Shown in pieces: positions 1-11,781 of a DNA stretch of 44,803 bases; the first letter of the stretch is position 1; every line of letters begins with the position of its first letter. The notes beneath the pieces were generated by a model. It did not search any database. It saw nothing but the letters and a program-made list of their open reading frames with translations, and was not told the DNA's origin. Source of the DNA: Phoronis australis (Eukaryota > Animalia > Phoronida); assembly GCA_002633005.1 (NCBI GenBank), contig NMRA01000169.1, positions 1 to 44,803 on the forward strand, in the 5' to 3' direction. A program made the translations under genes and the position numbers.

Positions 1-169
1 GCCTCCACTGACCTCCACTGGCCTCAACTGGCGTCCACTGGCCTCCACCTGCCCCACTGGGGTTTATTGCCCTCCACTGGCCTCCAGTGTCCTCCACTGG
101 CCTCCACTGTCACCCACTGGCTTGCACTGGCCTCTACTGCCCTCCACTTGCCTCAACTGGCCTCCACTA
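1..169. repeat. 10-bp minisatellite (GGCCTCCACT)n, probably continuing left of the window
   Basis: About 16 degenerate copies of ggcctccact from base 1. Confidence 0.95.
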
Positions 170-204
170 CCCTTACAAAAATAAACTTAAATTTTCATCG
201 AAAG

Positions 205-392
205 AACTTTTTGGCTAAAACTTAAGTATTTGGGAACAAGTTTTATGGAACGAACTTAAGTTTTCATAAATTAAGTTTTCCAAAAACTTAAGTTTTTCAA
301 AAACGTAAGTTTTCTGAAAACTTAAGTATTAAGAGCTTAAGTTCGTTCCAAAAAACCTGTTCCAAAGTACTTAATTTTTGGTAAACTTTAGT
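205..392. repeat. Imperfect foldback built of AAAACTTAAGTTTT palindromic units (MITE-like remnant)
   Basis: Arm ~217-260 (aaaacttaagtatttgggaacaagttttatggaacgaacttaag) is inverted at ~337-380 (cttaagttcgttccaaaaaacctgttccaaagtacttaatttt); aacttaagtt-like units are repeated between the arms. Confidence 0.7.
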
Positions 393-750
393 TTCAGAAA
401 CTAGTTCAGCGTGTCATGCCTTGTGGTATTATATACAATGCATTGAGGATGATCAGAAGTTGAGGATGCCTGTGATTTATAACACGGGCCGAGGAATTTC
501 CCGATGACCCATAGGTTAACGAAATAATAAACATTAAGGTTGGACAACATGGCGGTTTTACTACTGAGTACCGGGAAATAGTGCGAGAAGAAATTTCAAG
601 ATAAAATACTAAGAGAACGGGGTAGAAAAATTCGCTGTGTATTTTTGAAAAGATAACTTTGCAAGGAATGGAAAGATACCAAAATCATATGTTTAAGTCA
701 ATGTTGTCATATTGTAAGCAGTTACCATATTAAAGTTGTCTAAATTTGCC

Positions 751-943
751 ATTTTCTGTGGCCTGAAATTTCAGGGTGCTGTTTGCTAAAAAAGGTCATT
801 TTCGAGGCTCTAAAATTTAAATAATTGGAAAAATGCCCAACTGATTTGGAAATTTAAAAAGTTGTATAAATGGCATGTCTAAAGCTCTCAGTTAACACTC
901 TTTTCAAGTGTTTGTGATGAAATTTGTATTTCGGTTTGTTCAA
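751..943 (+). repeat. Dispersed repeat fragment, copy 1 (copy 2 at ~27258-27443)
   Basis: Colinear shared blocks tgtggcctgaaattt, gtgctgtttgct, aaatggcatgtct and tgatgaaatttgt. Confidence 0.75.
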
Positions 944-3464
944 CCACCTACAATGTAGCATACTGTAGTGTGTTGGGGACGATCAGAAGCTGAGGACACT
1001 TGTGGCTGGGGCTGGAGCAGGACACCGTAAATGCTACCAGGAGAAAGAAATGTTGCTCATGGTTTGTTGGACCCCTGTTTTGTGTACATTTATTGGATTT
1101 TGTGTTTGATATAGGCGAATCCTGAGTGTCATATCTTGTAGTACATTGTAGGCCCAATTTGCATTTGAGACGATCAGAGGCTGAGAACGTCTGTGGTATA
1201 AATCATGTTTTGTACTCTCTTACAGACAATGGTATGGCATGCAAAGTAAACAAATATGAAACTTACCAGAAATCTGAAGTTCAAAGGGAAAATCCTTCAC
1301 TATTCTGTTACACACGCTGGTTTCAAAGTGTAGAAAATCGCTAAACAACTCGAGTGTTCTTTAATGGAAATTTCAAATTGTCGGTTTTTTCATGAGGGTC
1401 ATCTGGTGGAAATTTTTGTTTAAAAAAATAGAGTTACACTGTAATACATCTGCTAGTAATTAAGTATTTTTTATGAAAATTGAAAATTTTTATTGTTACA
1501 CATCTGATGGTGATTTTTTAAAGAAAACTTAAACGTTTTAGCGTTAAAATAGTAAGCCTGCCCCTCATGTGGGCAAGCCTCTAACTGCCCTCTTGTGTTC
1601 AAGTCTGTGTTTACCGGCTTAAATGATATTGGGCCAATGTCGGCGACCTGGTAAGGGAAGGGTTCACTGGGTTAGTGTCGTTGGACGGTACTGGGCCATT
1701 AGTGTCCCAGAAACGTAAACCGGTATACGGTGAAGCGCTATCAAGCAACAGATATCCAGTACTGGGCCAATACTGTCATGTTTACTGGGGATAGAACCCA
1801 AGTTTATTTTAGGCACAACATAAACAATGGTCTGAACATACATGTAGCGCCGACATTAAGATCATGGGAGCATGAAAACGGAAGAATGTGATCCGTTTAT
1901 AGTGTCATCCAACATCCATCATCATTATGAATTTGTTGTCACTTTTGCAGTAAAAAATCGTTTCGAAGCTAGAGCCTTCATATCTAGCCAGCTACCTGTA
2001 TGAAGACTATTTTAAAAATACAGCAAGGTGCCACTGTGTGTTGAGCTCAAACAGACCTCGAAATTTCACACAGCCCAGATAGTTACGCTCGTCACCTCGT
2101 CGTGAAGCTTGTATCAACATGAGCTTAAGACCGGCGGGTGTGCATGCAAAATCTGGAACTCAATTGACATCCAACTTGCTAGTTAAGGCCGTTTAAGCAA
2201 AAAACATCCGACGTCATCTTCTTGCGTAATTCTCTGCCTTTTGTAACGAAAAACGTATGTTGTCGTTTTGAAATGAGTTCATTCGTGACAGGCGCCACTT
2301 TCGAGATCTCCCATTAGATGATGACAACATCTCAGCAAAATTTGTTCTACAATTCGGTTTACTGATATCAAAATTCCAGAAACATGTAATGAAGTGAAAC
2401 CAATTCTGATCATTTGTTGTGACGTTTACGCAACCTTGAGGGAGAACGTTTGATTGCCCAGTGAAGAATCTTGGAAAAAGTAACTGGCTAATAGGTGACG
2501 CAATATTTCATTGCGTCGAAAGTCGACGCAAAAGATCACACCATAACTTTAGCAGCAGAATAATTGTAGGAAACCAATTTTTCAACGCTGGTAAATAATT
2601 TAGATTACTCTAGGAAGATTTTATTCAGTCCGTATTTACCCACAACGGCGCAAATTTGTATATTTAATTTAGTAAAAAGCTTTGCACCAAGGCTAGAGCC
2701 TTCCAAGCCTTTTGGCGTAAGAACACAATACCTGTCGTTTCGCGTATACTGCAAGGGGTAAAACTTTCAAAATAACATTTTCTCGGTAACTTGGTACAGA
2801 TAGTCCTAAAGGAAGTAGTCTGTGTTTTCATGAAGAGCGTAAAAATGATTAACCCAGTGATTCAAAAAGAACACTCTCGCAAACGAAAATGCACACAATT
2901 TTCAGTTAAAAATCAACTTCTATAAGTTTATTGCATCGGTTCTAGTGAAGACCACGGAAAGTCAAAACTCTTAAGGGAGCGCAATTTCAAACCTTTGGCA
3001 TGAATCAGTGATATAAAAATGGACTGAGACCGACGTTTATTCATCAGCAACAGTTACACATACTGATTGAGTTTGTTAGCGTTTTGTGGCAATAGAAATC
3101 TACTTTGATAACAATTTTTACTCTGATGAGGTATGATGCAGTATGCATGCCTAATATGCAGTTCGGCAGTTGCAAAAAAATTTACTGGATTTAATGAATC
3201 GGTTTGTTATGAACAACTACAAAGGTATGATTACTAATTATACATTCCAAGCACACCTAATTAGAATAAAAACATACACATGCTTGATGATCCTGGGAGT
3301 ACATCTATTACAGGCATGAATGAAGATACATAGTTGTTAAGCCATAGAGGATAATAAGGCTTACATGTACATAATATCACAGTGAGCCATCTACACCAGG
3401 CATATACAAAGGATACAATATTTCAAAAGAAGCCACAACTACTCATTTTTCATACTATTCTTAA

Positions 3465-4460
3465 AGGAGAATGCCACCCGATTTAGTTTTTTGTCGTCTT
3501 AATTGATCTATATCCTCATCGCCTCGCATACGGTCGACTTTACCTTGCCAAGAGGTATCGCGTTAACCTGTGAGGAAGGTGAGAAACGACGCTAGCGACG
3601 TCAGTGGTTCATATGCAGAGTGAATACCGCTACGCTGCGGTGCTTCGTTCTCGCTTGTCAAAACTACTAAGCAGCTGCGAGGAAAGCGGGCAAATCGTTT
3701 TTTTACTTCCTCGAGGGTTCCGAAATGCTTAGGAAGTGGCTCATGGTAGTGAAGAATGAAATGTACGCTGTAAATAGCAAGTATGTGGCCGTAAAACATC
3801 ACCGTGTCTGTGGCCTGCAGACGTCGACAGGGCCTGACTAATGCCAGCTCACCAAATAACTCCATACGTTCCGTTGCCTGAGCTTGTTCACGGCGCCTCT
3901 CTAGTATTTCTTCATTACTGTATTCCTGTTCGAATTGATAGCCTGTAAAACTTAACGATCCACCAGCGAAGTCGGGACTGATGAGCTCTTTAGATCGTCC
4001 TAAGTTGGGACTGCGACGGTTGCCATGTTGGCGTTTATTACTGAGCGTTCAGTTTCAAAATGAATTATTCTCACCCTAACCAATACTTATATAAAACTGA
4101 AACAAAGTCTGTCTCATTAGATGTAATTTGTAATGCTTTTGGAGTGTTCGTGAGTGCAAATGATTTGAAAAGCCAGTAATGAATAAATCACTGCGTTACC
4201 GGCTTTAGCCTGGGGTGCAATAAAATTAATTGACGAGACATCGAGGCCGTGTGAGCTCATGCTAATTTAGTGTTTGCGGGCAGAAACTGCTGTGAAACAA
4301 CTCGATTGATTTCCATCCCACGGCCAGGTGTTAGGGGAATCTTTATTTACATTACATTACATTTGCATTTACATTACTCAAATAATGATTGTAAATGTAC
4401 TGCCCTGACGGTGCTGTGGCCAAAGCGGAACCTGATTTTTCGGCCCCCGACGAGTAAGTA
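3465..4460. mobile_element. Decayed Kolobok-like transposon fragment: TTAA-flanked end, KolX/P2X7-ballast-like remnant (-), possible THAP remnant (+)
   Basis: ttaa|aggagaatgccaccc at 3461-3479. Minus strand from CAACATGG (ATG 4026), with a frameshift, gives GYQFEQEYSNEE...RLQATD...YGHILAIYSVHFILHYHE, resembling PYxFEPE...RLxxTDWCxCGxC...CCxE. Plus strand ~4360-4420 gives broken YIC..LHYSNND...DGAV. No matching far end found. Confidence 0.4.
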
Positions 4461-5094
4461 GGTTTGCAGTTTCGTGGCTAATTCACCAACATAATCACGT
4501 GCACATTACTTTGGCTCACTAGTATAGTATTTTCTATACTGGAAGTTTAGTTTCCACTGACCTTTGGCTGGTTTATGTTCGTGATGTCTGATCAGTTTCC
4601 GAGCCACTGGCCGGGATAACGATCGAGTCAATCCGGGCGGCCGCGACTTGGCTGATCGGGCTCCGAGCCACTGGCCAGGATAAGAAACGTTTTGTGTTTA
4701 GAACTCAAAAAATCACAAGACTAAAAAACACAGATCTAGGTTCTGCTGTCTGTATTTCACGGAAAATACTTCGAAATTATCTCCGAACAGACCCTCAACT
4801 CCTGGTACGGACCTAGTTGGCCTGCCGAACTTTGTAAGCTACGGTGTGTCCAAACACCAATAAATCCGTAAGAGCGAAATAAAGCAACATGTTTTTATAA
4901 GAACTCGGTGTAATTTTAAGGGTTTTACATCGAAGCTGATGTGGAAAGTGGGTTGCCAAAATGACTGGTATACAAGTTGAAGTTCATGATCTAACAGCAT
5001 GCTCGTTGAACTCAATTTGGCAGCACAAATCCATAAGTTTGACATATAACCTTTTTGTGCATTTTAGTCACTGACAGTTCCAAGTTGACTTAAT

Positions 5095-5850
5095 AGTCAA
5101 CATGGAAATGCTCTGTGTGATGTTCTATATTACAACACAACCAAAAGTGAAGCTGTTGTGGAACATGCTACTCAACAGCCTATGCAGCCATGGCTTGGAC
5201 ATTCGCACAAATTTTGGCTGGATTTTTTCCGACGTGGATTCATGTATCAATCAGACCACTCAAACAACACAAATCTCTCCCTGATGACCACAGCATTTGT
5301 ATTTTGTAAGCTCATTTTGTGAATTCAGAAAACATGGCTACCCATCCAAAAAGCATGGCTCCTGGTGTTGCATCCAGCTTTGTTACATTTAAACACTCCT
5401 CATGCACTCTTCCCTAAGTCGTGCACATGATTCTTAGTCACGTGAGTTTTTGAACTGATTATTTGTTGCAAAAGCTGTGTTTGATTTGTGTGAACGGGGA
5501 TCAGCTCACAATTAGGTGTGTTAGTGGTGTTTACGAGTGTTTGACAATTGTTGCTCTGGTAGCCTGCCAATGGACTAGGTAACATATACTATCTTATTGA
5601 GTTTTACATTTTCAGGTGTGCAAATGTAGGCAGCTAGTACCCAAACAATAGGAGAGTCATACAGCACAATGGGGTGGGCTCTGAAGTCAGCATAAAGGTC
5701 TGAAATAATGACTGAAAGCGTAAAGATGTTTTTTACTGATGCAATCAACAAAGGCATGAAAACTGGTCAAAAAAGCTATCCAATGAGGCGTTCTCAACAA
5801 ACGAGAACTGCAGGACACAAACATAGAACTGCTGTTTGAATATCTTGAGC
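5095..5850 (+). pseudogene. Decayed DNA-transposase C-terminal remnant (GWALK...GxKTGxKxxP type; tentatively Sola3-like)
   Basis: From 5669: MGWALKSA*RSEIMTESVKMFFTDAINKGMKTGQKSYP...; weaker SQHGNALCD at ~5095-5121; in-frame stops. Confidence 0.45.
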
Positions 5851-6289
5851 AGTATCCATGTAGATCGTGATCATCATTGTTACTGTATTCTTGTTGTGCA
5901 CCTTATGGTGTGTCTATTGCTATGAAGTAATGTTGCTAGTGAGTTTGATTCCTTGATATTTTCTGTGAAATTACTTCTCACGCCAAGTGTCCCTTTAACG
6001 GTCATTTCCAGGTTATTTGTATACATTAATATACAGTACAAGCCAAACGTATCCTGGCAAAATAACTCGGAATTCCTTGCCATGATAGCTGGGGCAAAAG
6101 TAGAATTCGTGGTCAAAGTGGTCTTCCTTTGTGTCTGAAAATGAAGCGAAACAGGAAAGTTAGTATGGTGGCTAAGACATTCTGTAATTACATGTAGTTG
6201 TGGTAATAGTTATTACCAGTCATTTTTGCATTAACAGGACTAGCCATAAAGTCGTGCAAAGATTTACAGTGTCTGATTACTTTTGCCTT

Positions 6290-7300
6290 GTTCTGTGTGA
6301 CTGTTTGCAAGCATGCGTGTGTGGGCCCATTATGCTGTCATCCTGTTTTTTTTTGTCTGGCATCTGCTGCTGCATCTCCGAAGCCTTGGTAAATGTGAAA
6401 TTTTACAAATGTGATGACACGAGAGAGTTTTGGGATGTATTTAACTACCACTGGGCCCCTAGTGGCAACTTTACTTCTTCATGTTAGTTTCTTTATCTAG
6501 CAAGATTCTTGACTGATTTTCATCAAATCTCGCAAATTAGTTTTAGTTATGGAGACAGCCACGTTTTCTAACTTCCTGGCGTTCCTATGTAATCTGTACA
6601 GAAACGTTGCCATTGAGATGAGCACGACTGACACTAATTGTTGATTGGACGATCTCCGTTGATGCCTTTTAATGGCAGTGCTGTAGGGGTAAAATTAAAG
6701 GTAAGTAGGCACCCAAAGACCACCGTATCACCTTCAGCACTGAACGTAACTTATGGTGCTTAGGCACTACGTTCAAATGCCAAAAGGTGGTTGGTTGCAC
6801 CTACCTGTGCCTACGCGCCACTACAGCACTGCTTAATAGCAATTTAGGTTTTTTATATATGCCCCTATATCTACCAAGATTCTTGATGTATTTAAAATGT
6901 TCTGTGCACTAAAGATTATTATTTCTGAAAGCAGCCTCTCTTTCCTTGAAATTGCTTAGAGGATAGCTCTGAAATTTTGCTCATGTGTTCCTATTGCGTT
7001 GATCGCGACTGACATGTTTTCTGATGGGTGAAATCACCGAGACGCCCGGATTGACAATTTGCTTGTATATCTGCGCCGCAATATTTACAATGTTGTGTTG
7101 ATGAATCTGGGTGCAATTTGATGTATGTGTTACATTATTGAGGAGAGTATGCCCGGAATAAATTTTAGGACATGTCTAAGTGCTGTGGGGTCCTCTTGCG
7201 GCTCTGTATCAACCAAGTATCTTGATGTATGGAATTTGGCAAGAATGTGACAGCGATTGTATGCTGCACCACCTAGAGGTTATTTATTTGATATATTACA
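6290..7300 (-). repeat. Old diverged internally repetitive (HINE-like) element
   Basis: Recurrent blocks (caagattcttga at 6501 and 6876; cgactgaca at ~6626 and ~7007) and a reverse CCACTAGGGGC motif at ~6455-6466; interrupted by a hAT MITE. Boundaries approximate. Confidence 0.3.
6676..6831 (+). mobile_element. hAT-type MITE, copy 1
   Basis: TIRs cagtgctgtag...ctacagcactg; imperfect 8-bp TSD tttaatgg/cttaatag; close relative at 43158-43317. Confidence 0.88.
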
Positions 7301-7662
7301 TATTATTAATATCCCTGGAAGCATACTGCCAGAGCAGTTTCCGTTTTTTTCTGTTTTCGTATGGTGTTGACAAAAATGCAGTGTGGTGTAGGCTATGGTT
7401 TCATTTTTACTTCTTTTGATCAAAGATCTCGATATCCAAGACTTAAAGTTCACAACCAGCTTTAACACCCACACTTGTATAATACACATATGCACTATAA
7501 TCAATTTACAGGTGTGAAACTAAAGTGTCTTATCCATAGCTCGATGTCAACCATGACCAAAGGCTGCGTTGTGTAAATTTCCTGTGTAATAAATACTGCA
7601 CTGATGGGTTTTTCTATGTGTTGCAAGTCAGAGTTTCCATGAGTATTAGATAATAAAGCACT

Positions 7663-7720
7663 TTATTTTACGTAAGGTATCGGTGAACTTAAAAGTTCAC
7701 CGATACCTTACGTAAAATAA
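7663..7720. repeat. Perfect 28-bp inverted repeat with 2-nt spacer
   Basis: ttattttacgtaaggtatcggtgaactt-aa-aagttcaccgataccttacgtaaaataa. Confidence 0.97.
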
Positions 7721-9667
7721 TTTGACATTTTCGTAGTCTGTCTGTATTTTAAATTCATAGCACCACTGCAATTGCTCCTTTTGAAATTCTGGATCTCTTC
7801 TAGTGGTTTACATCTGATGCCCAGATAAACCAATGACATTGCTAGCCCTATGTAGTATTTTTATGTACATTTCGAATTCATATTGTGTTAGGGATGTTCT
7901 ATTATCACGGTTGGAATCTTCTGGTCCGTTCTCACCTGAACCTGCAATGCTTCATCGAATCTACGTTTCAGTCCTTTACTTTGCCATCTCATCACCAAAA
8001 TGGAAGTCCCGGTGATAATTATGAATACTGGCTGAAACTGTTAAGTGGAGGTTGGCGAAAACACTCCTATAGAAATAACAATAGCCAATATATGTTTTCC
8101 GTGCATTGGATAGTTAGCCAAAAATGTAGGATTTCTCAAAGTTACACGCTTGTGTGCACTCTAATAAAATATTTACTTGGCACTGCGTAATGAGTACAAC
8201 TTGTTCAACAGAAGGGTCATTTTTCCGACTCGGAAAACCGGTACGACATCTGATGAGCAGCAGAAAAAATACTACCCGGAAGATTTTCACCTTTACAGGA
8301 TCAGTGCTCCCCGTGGGTCTTCGGTACTTAAAAGGTATGATTAGCAATAACCATTCAACAAGTATGACTTTTGGATTGCCTCGTGTTAATATACGTTCCT
8401 ATTTATTCGGAACCACTTTACGTTACTGGACGTCACGCAGACATTACAGGACCGACAATTGCCATCCTTTTGAGAGCGTAGTTTCAGATTTAATTGTAAA
8501 GTTTTGAGCACTAGCCGCTAGAATTTTAATGTAATACAGATTTCAAGCTTTGAATAATCTTAACGATCTTGTTGACATCGTTTTTTGTTACTTATAAATC
8601 TTTAGAACTCTGTTGGTTTGTTACTGAGAGTGTGACAGAAATGGCAAACAGGACGACCGATATTAGCAAAGTGGGCGGTTTCAATCAGAGAATGCAGGAC
8701 ACACAGGTCGCTGTCCACGAATGTTTTAATAGATATGTACTCTACAAAGGCTCAGCTTTCACATGTAGTATGTTACTTTTCTTGTTGTTTTGTCGCGGTA
8801 AAAGAAATAACGATCGATTAAAGGGCATTTCCACCAGTTATACAGCTTGACTCAGGTGGGTTGAATAAGTAACAAAAATAGCTAATTTGCGAATATGTTT
8901 CAACTATGAACTTAACATTTTCATGTAGACAGAAGTTGGGTTTATTCAGTATGTCATTCTTAGTTTCTGTTAATTTGTCGTTTTTGCACAGTGACGCAAC
9001 AAAAATACTAAAATTTGATAGTTTCCGAAGCCGTAAACTAGCCAAAGATTTCGAGCGGGCAGTTTTCTGTGAAGAAGTTAGATATTTCAAATAAAATTAT
9101 TTTAGAGGTTGAACATTCCACCTAAGAGTAAAACTAAGCTATATTTCAAAAAAATCCGTGACATGTCATGTTCTCGCATCTGCCTGACTTTCTCATGCAG
9201 TGATTCTTAAAGCCTTTCTATCTTCCAGTGACATATGCTCTGTACAGCCCCGTAGCCAGCATTGCATGAGGTGGTTCGAATTTCTAGAACGGTGGACCTG
9301 TGATATTTTGCAAGCGTCGACACTGCAGAGGTTTCAGAAAGGCTCTTGACGCAGCTTAATTAGGGGGGATCTTTATACGCAACGATGATTCTCAGCTATG
9401 TTCCTTAGACGAGACGAAATTCGTTTAATACTAGAAAAGAGGGTTGTTCGCAAAGAACAGGACTCAAATTCGAACGTAATGTGGTGCAAAAAGAGAATAT
9501 TCTCGCGTTACCTAATGCCAAACTTTCAAATCATGCGTGCTTGCATGTGAGTTATTACACCTCTTTAAATACACGGACGGAAATATTTAGTAGGAGAATG
9601 ACTTGACGAAATTTTTTATCTGGCTGTGGTTTTGCGTGTTACTTAAGTTGCTCAAATCGCTGGAAAT

Positions 9668-9763
9668 CCCCACTATTCGGAAGGTTCACTCGTATAAAGG
9701 TTCACTATTCCAAAGGTTTACTACTTCGAAGGTTCACTACTCAGAGCGTTCATTACTCCGAAG
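9668..9763. repeat. 16-bp minisatellite (consensus AAGGTTCACTAYTCCG), ~6 copies
   Basis: aaggttcactcgtata aaggttcactattcca aaggtttactacttcg aaggttcactactcag agcgttcattactccg. Confidence 0.85.
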
Positions 9764-10611
9764 ATGTCTAAAATGTCGGACTTATGTGTATTTCTTATAA
9801 TTTTACACTTAATAATAAATTATACATCAATTATTGGATGCACTGAGTGGTGAACCTATACCAACTAAAACAACGCCCGGATTTCATGCGTGCATGTCTT
9901 ACGAATACAAAACCAGAGCAACGCAGAACGTTGAAATGCGACCACGAATGCCCCTGTAACGGTGTTTTTCTAGGCTTGTTTATTTGTTTATAGCCACTAG
10001 ATGGAGCAAAAATATCAAATCCATCTGAAAACGGGATTATGCCATCGCTTCTTTAATAGAAAACAATTTACCAAATTTCATAAATATCAGTCAAGGAACT
10101 TCAGAGAAACGAAGAAAAACGGAAAAATGAAATTGCCACTATGGGACACAACGTTTATTGGATCAGCCTGAAAGACGTCATCTGTTGTTAGCTTCATAAA
10201 AATACAATTACTAAATCTAATAAAGATCATGCAGTGTGTTAAGGAGATGTAGCTATGGGTGCAAAACAAAACAAAACTACCACTAGGAGGTGCCACAGTA
10301 GTCAAATTCGTTATAGCCAACCACCTCTTTACACTGAGAACATACACGCCAATTTTCAAAATCATCCTTAAAATGGTTTGGTTGATCGACGGGTGGACGC
10401 CAAAAAATAGACTCGAAAACAGGAAAAATGACCACAAAGTACCTCGATTCCATCCGAAAATAGGATAGCATTATATCACCAATGGATGCCAAAATCTCTG
10501 AAAATCTGTTTAGGATGTTTGAAGATACAGAGGTAAATGTAAAAAACTAAAATTTCCACTAGGGAGCACACTGGTTGTGAAATCCGTCCGAATGTCGTTG
10601 TCATTCGTTGT

Positions 10612-10916
10612 TGTCACGTTTTTCCCCGTGTGTAGGTCTGCGCAGGTTGTTACAGACCGGTGCTAATTTCTTTCGGTGCGACGATTGACTGAAGACTGGC
10701 TCGAGCTAATCCTATATTAATGCCGACCGTACGTTTACAAGCCTACTCAACAAAACGTCCGACGTAATGTCTGTTTATGCTCCAGCCAATGCTGCGAAGC
10801 CTTGGCTTCTGATGAACTTCTGAGATACTTCAAGCAACTGTTACTCTCGTAACCTGCTGTCTCTATAGCTGGCTCTCTATTGACTATCGCTGTAACTGCT
10901 GATTCTCTTCACTGCA
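10612..10916 (-). repeat. Truncated 3' LTR
   Basis: Aligns to 14454-14767 with about 22 substitutions plus small indels over ~305 bp (hand count); ends abruptly at the Penelope fragment. Confidence 0.95.
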
Positions 10917-11780
10917 GATAGGGTTCTTCGAACACATCAATCAATGCGATACCAATATCATGTTTACTCAAGAGGAATCTAGAGACAACTCTTTACCGTT
11001 CCTGGATTGTTTAGTGACTGTTACAGACAAGCGTATCAAGACCAAGGTTAATAGGAAGCCCACTCACACGGACTACTATCTTCCGTTTGACTCCAATCGC
11101 CCGTTGATTCACAAACTAGGCGTGATTAGAACGTTGGACCATCCCCAACACAGAGGAGGACATTGATTTTGAAATAGAACACAACAGAACAGTGCTGAAA
11201 AGATGTGGCTACCCGAAGTGGTCATTCCACAAGGCAAACCATGACAGAGTCAGGCCTCAGAACACGCAGCCTGACAATAGGGGAAACATCAGGGTAACAC
11301 TGCCTTTTGTGCCAGGGATCGCTGACCAGATCAAATCACATATGAGGGGACACGACATTGCCATTGTATTCAAACCTGTTAACACCATAAAGAGTCAATT
11401 GTTAAATGTGAAAGACAAAACCAGCAAAGAGAAAACATCAAATGTGGTATATGGCATTTCATGCTCGGAACCGGGGTGTGGAGCAGCATATATTGGGGAA
11501 ACCAAACAAGGCCTGAAAAGTCGTTTTAACCAGCATCGGAAGTCCAGTTATGGGGACTGCTATGATTCTGCAGTTTTTAGTCACATGGCTTCCACAGACC
11601 ACTCTTTCGCCATGGAAGATGTGAAGATCCTGGATAGAGAAGGGAATTGGTTTCGGAGAGGGAACAAAGAAGCTATCTACGAGAGAATTGAGAATCCTAT
11701 CCTCAATAGACAGGAGGCTGCGATTTCACTTACCTAGGACATGGGAGCGGGCGCTGAAGAGAATCCCGAAAACATTCATC
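10917..11780 (+). mobile_element. Penelope-like retroelement fragment (RT C-terminus and GIY-YIG endonuclease), frameshifted
   Basis: FFEHINQCDTNIMFTQEE..NSLPFLD..RKPTHTDYYL (RT end; ORF 10960-11166) and NVVYGISC..CGAAYIGETKQGLKSRFNQH..KEAIYERIENPILNR (ORF 11192-11737). Confidence 0.93.
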
Positions 11781-11781
11781 G

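Noticed and set aside
1608-1790. tactgggcca repeats ending in tgtttactggg, like a CCCAG-ended MITE
   Set aside because: Only one convincing end and no TSD.
4588-4683. 32-bp repeat, 32-bp spacer, 32-bp repeat, superficially CRISPR-like
   Set aside because: Only two imperfect copies, eukaryotic context and no cas genes; a simple local duplication.
5987-5998. gtgtccct|ttaa as the far end of the Kolobok starting at 3465
   Set aside because: Its reverse complement (agggacacttgg) does not match aggagaatgcca beyond AGG.
7833-8507. Overlapping 60-117 aa ORFs
   Set aside because: No recognisable motif or consistent splice pattern.
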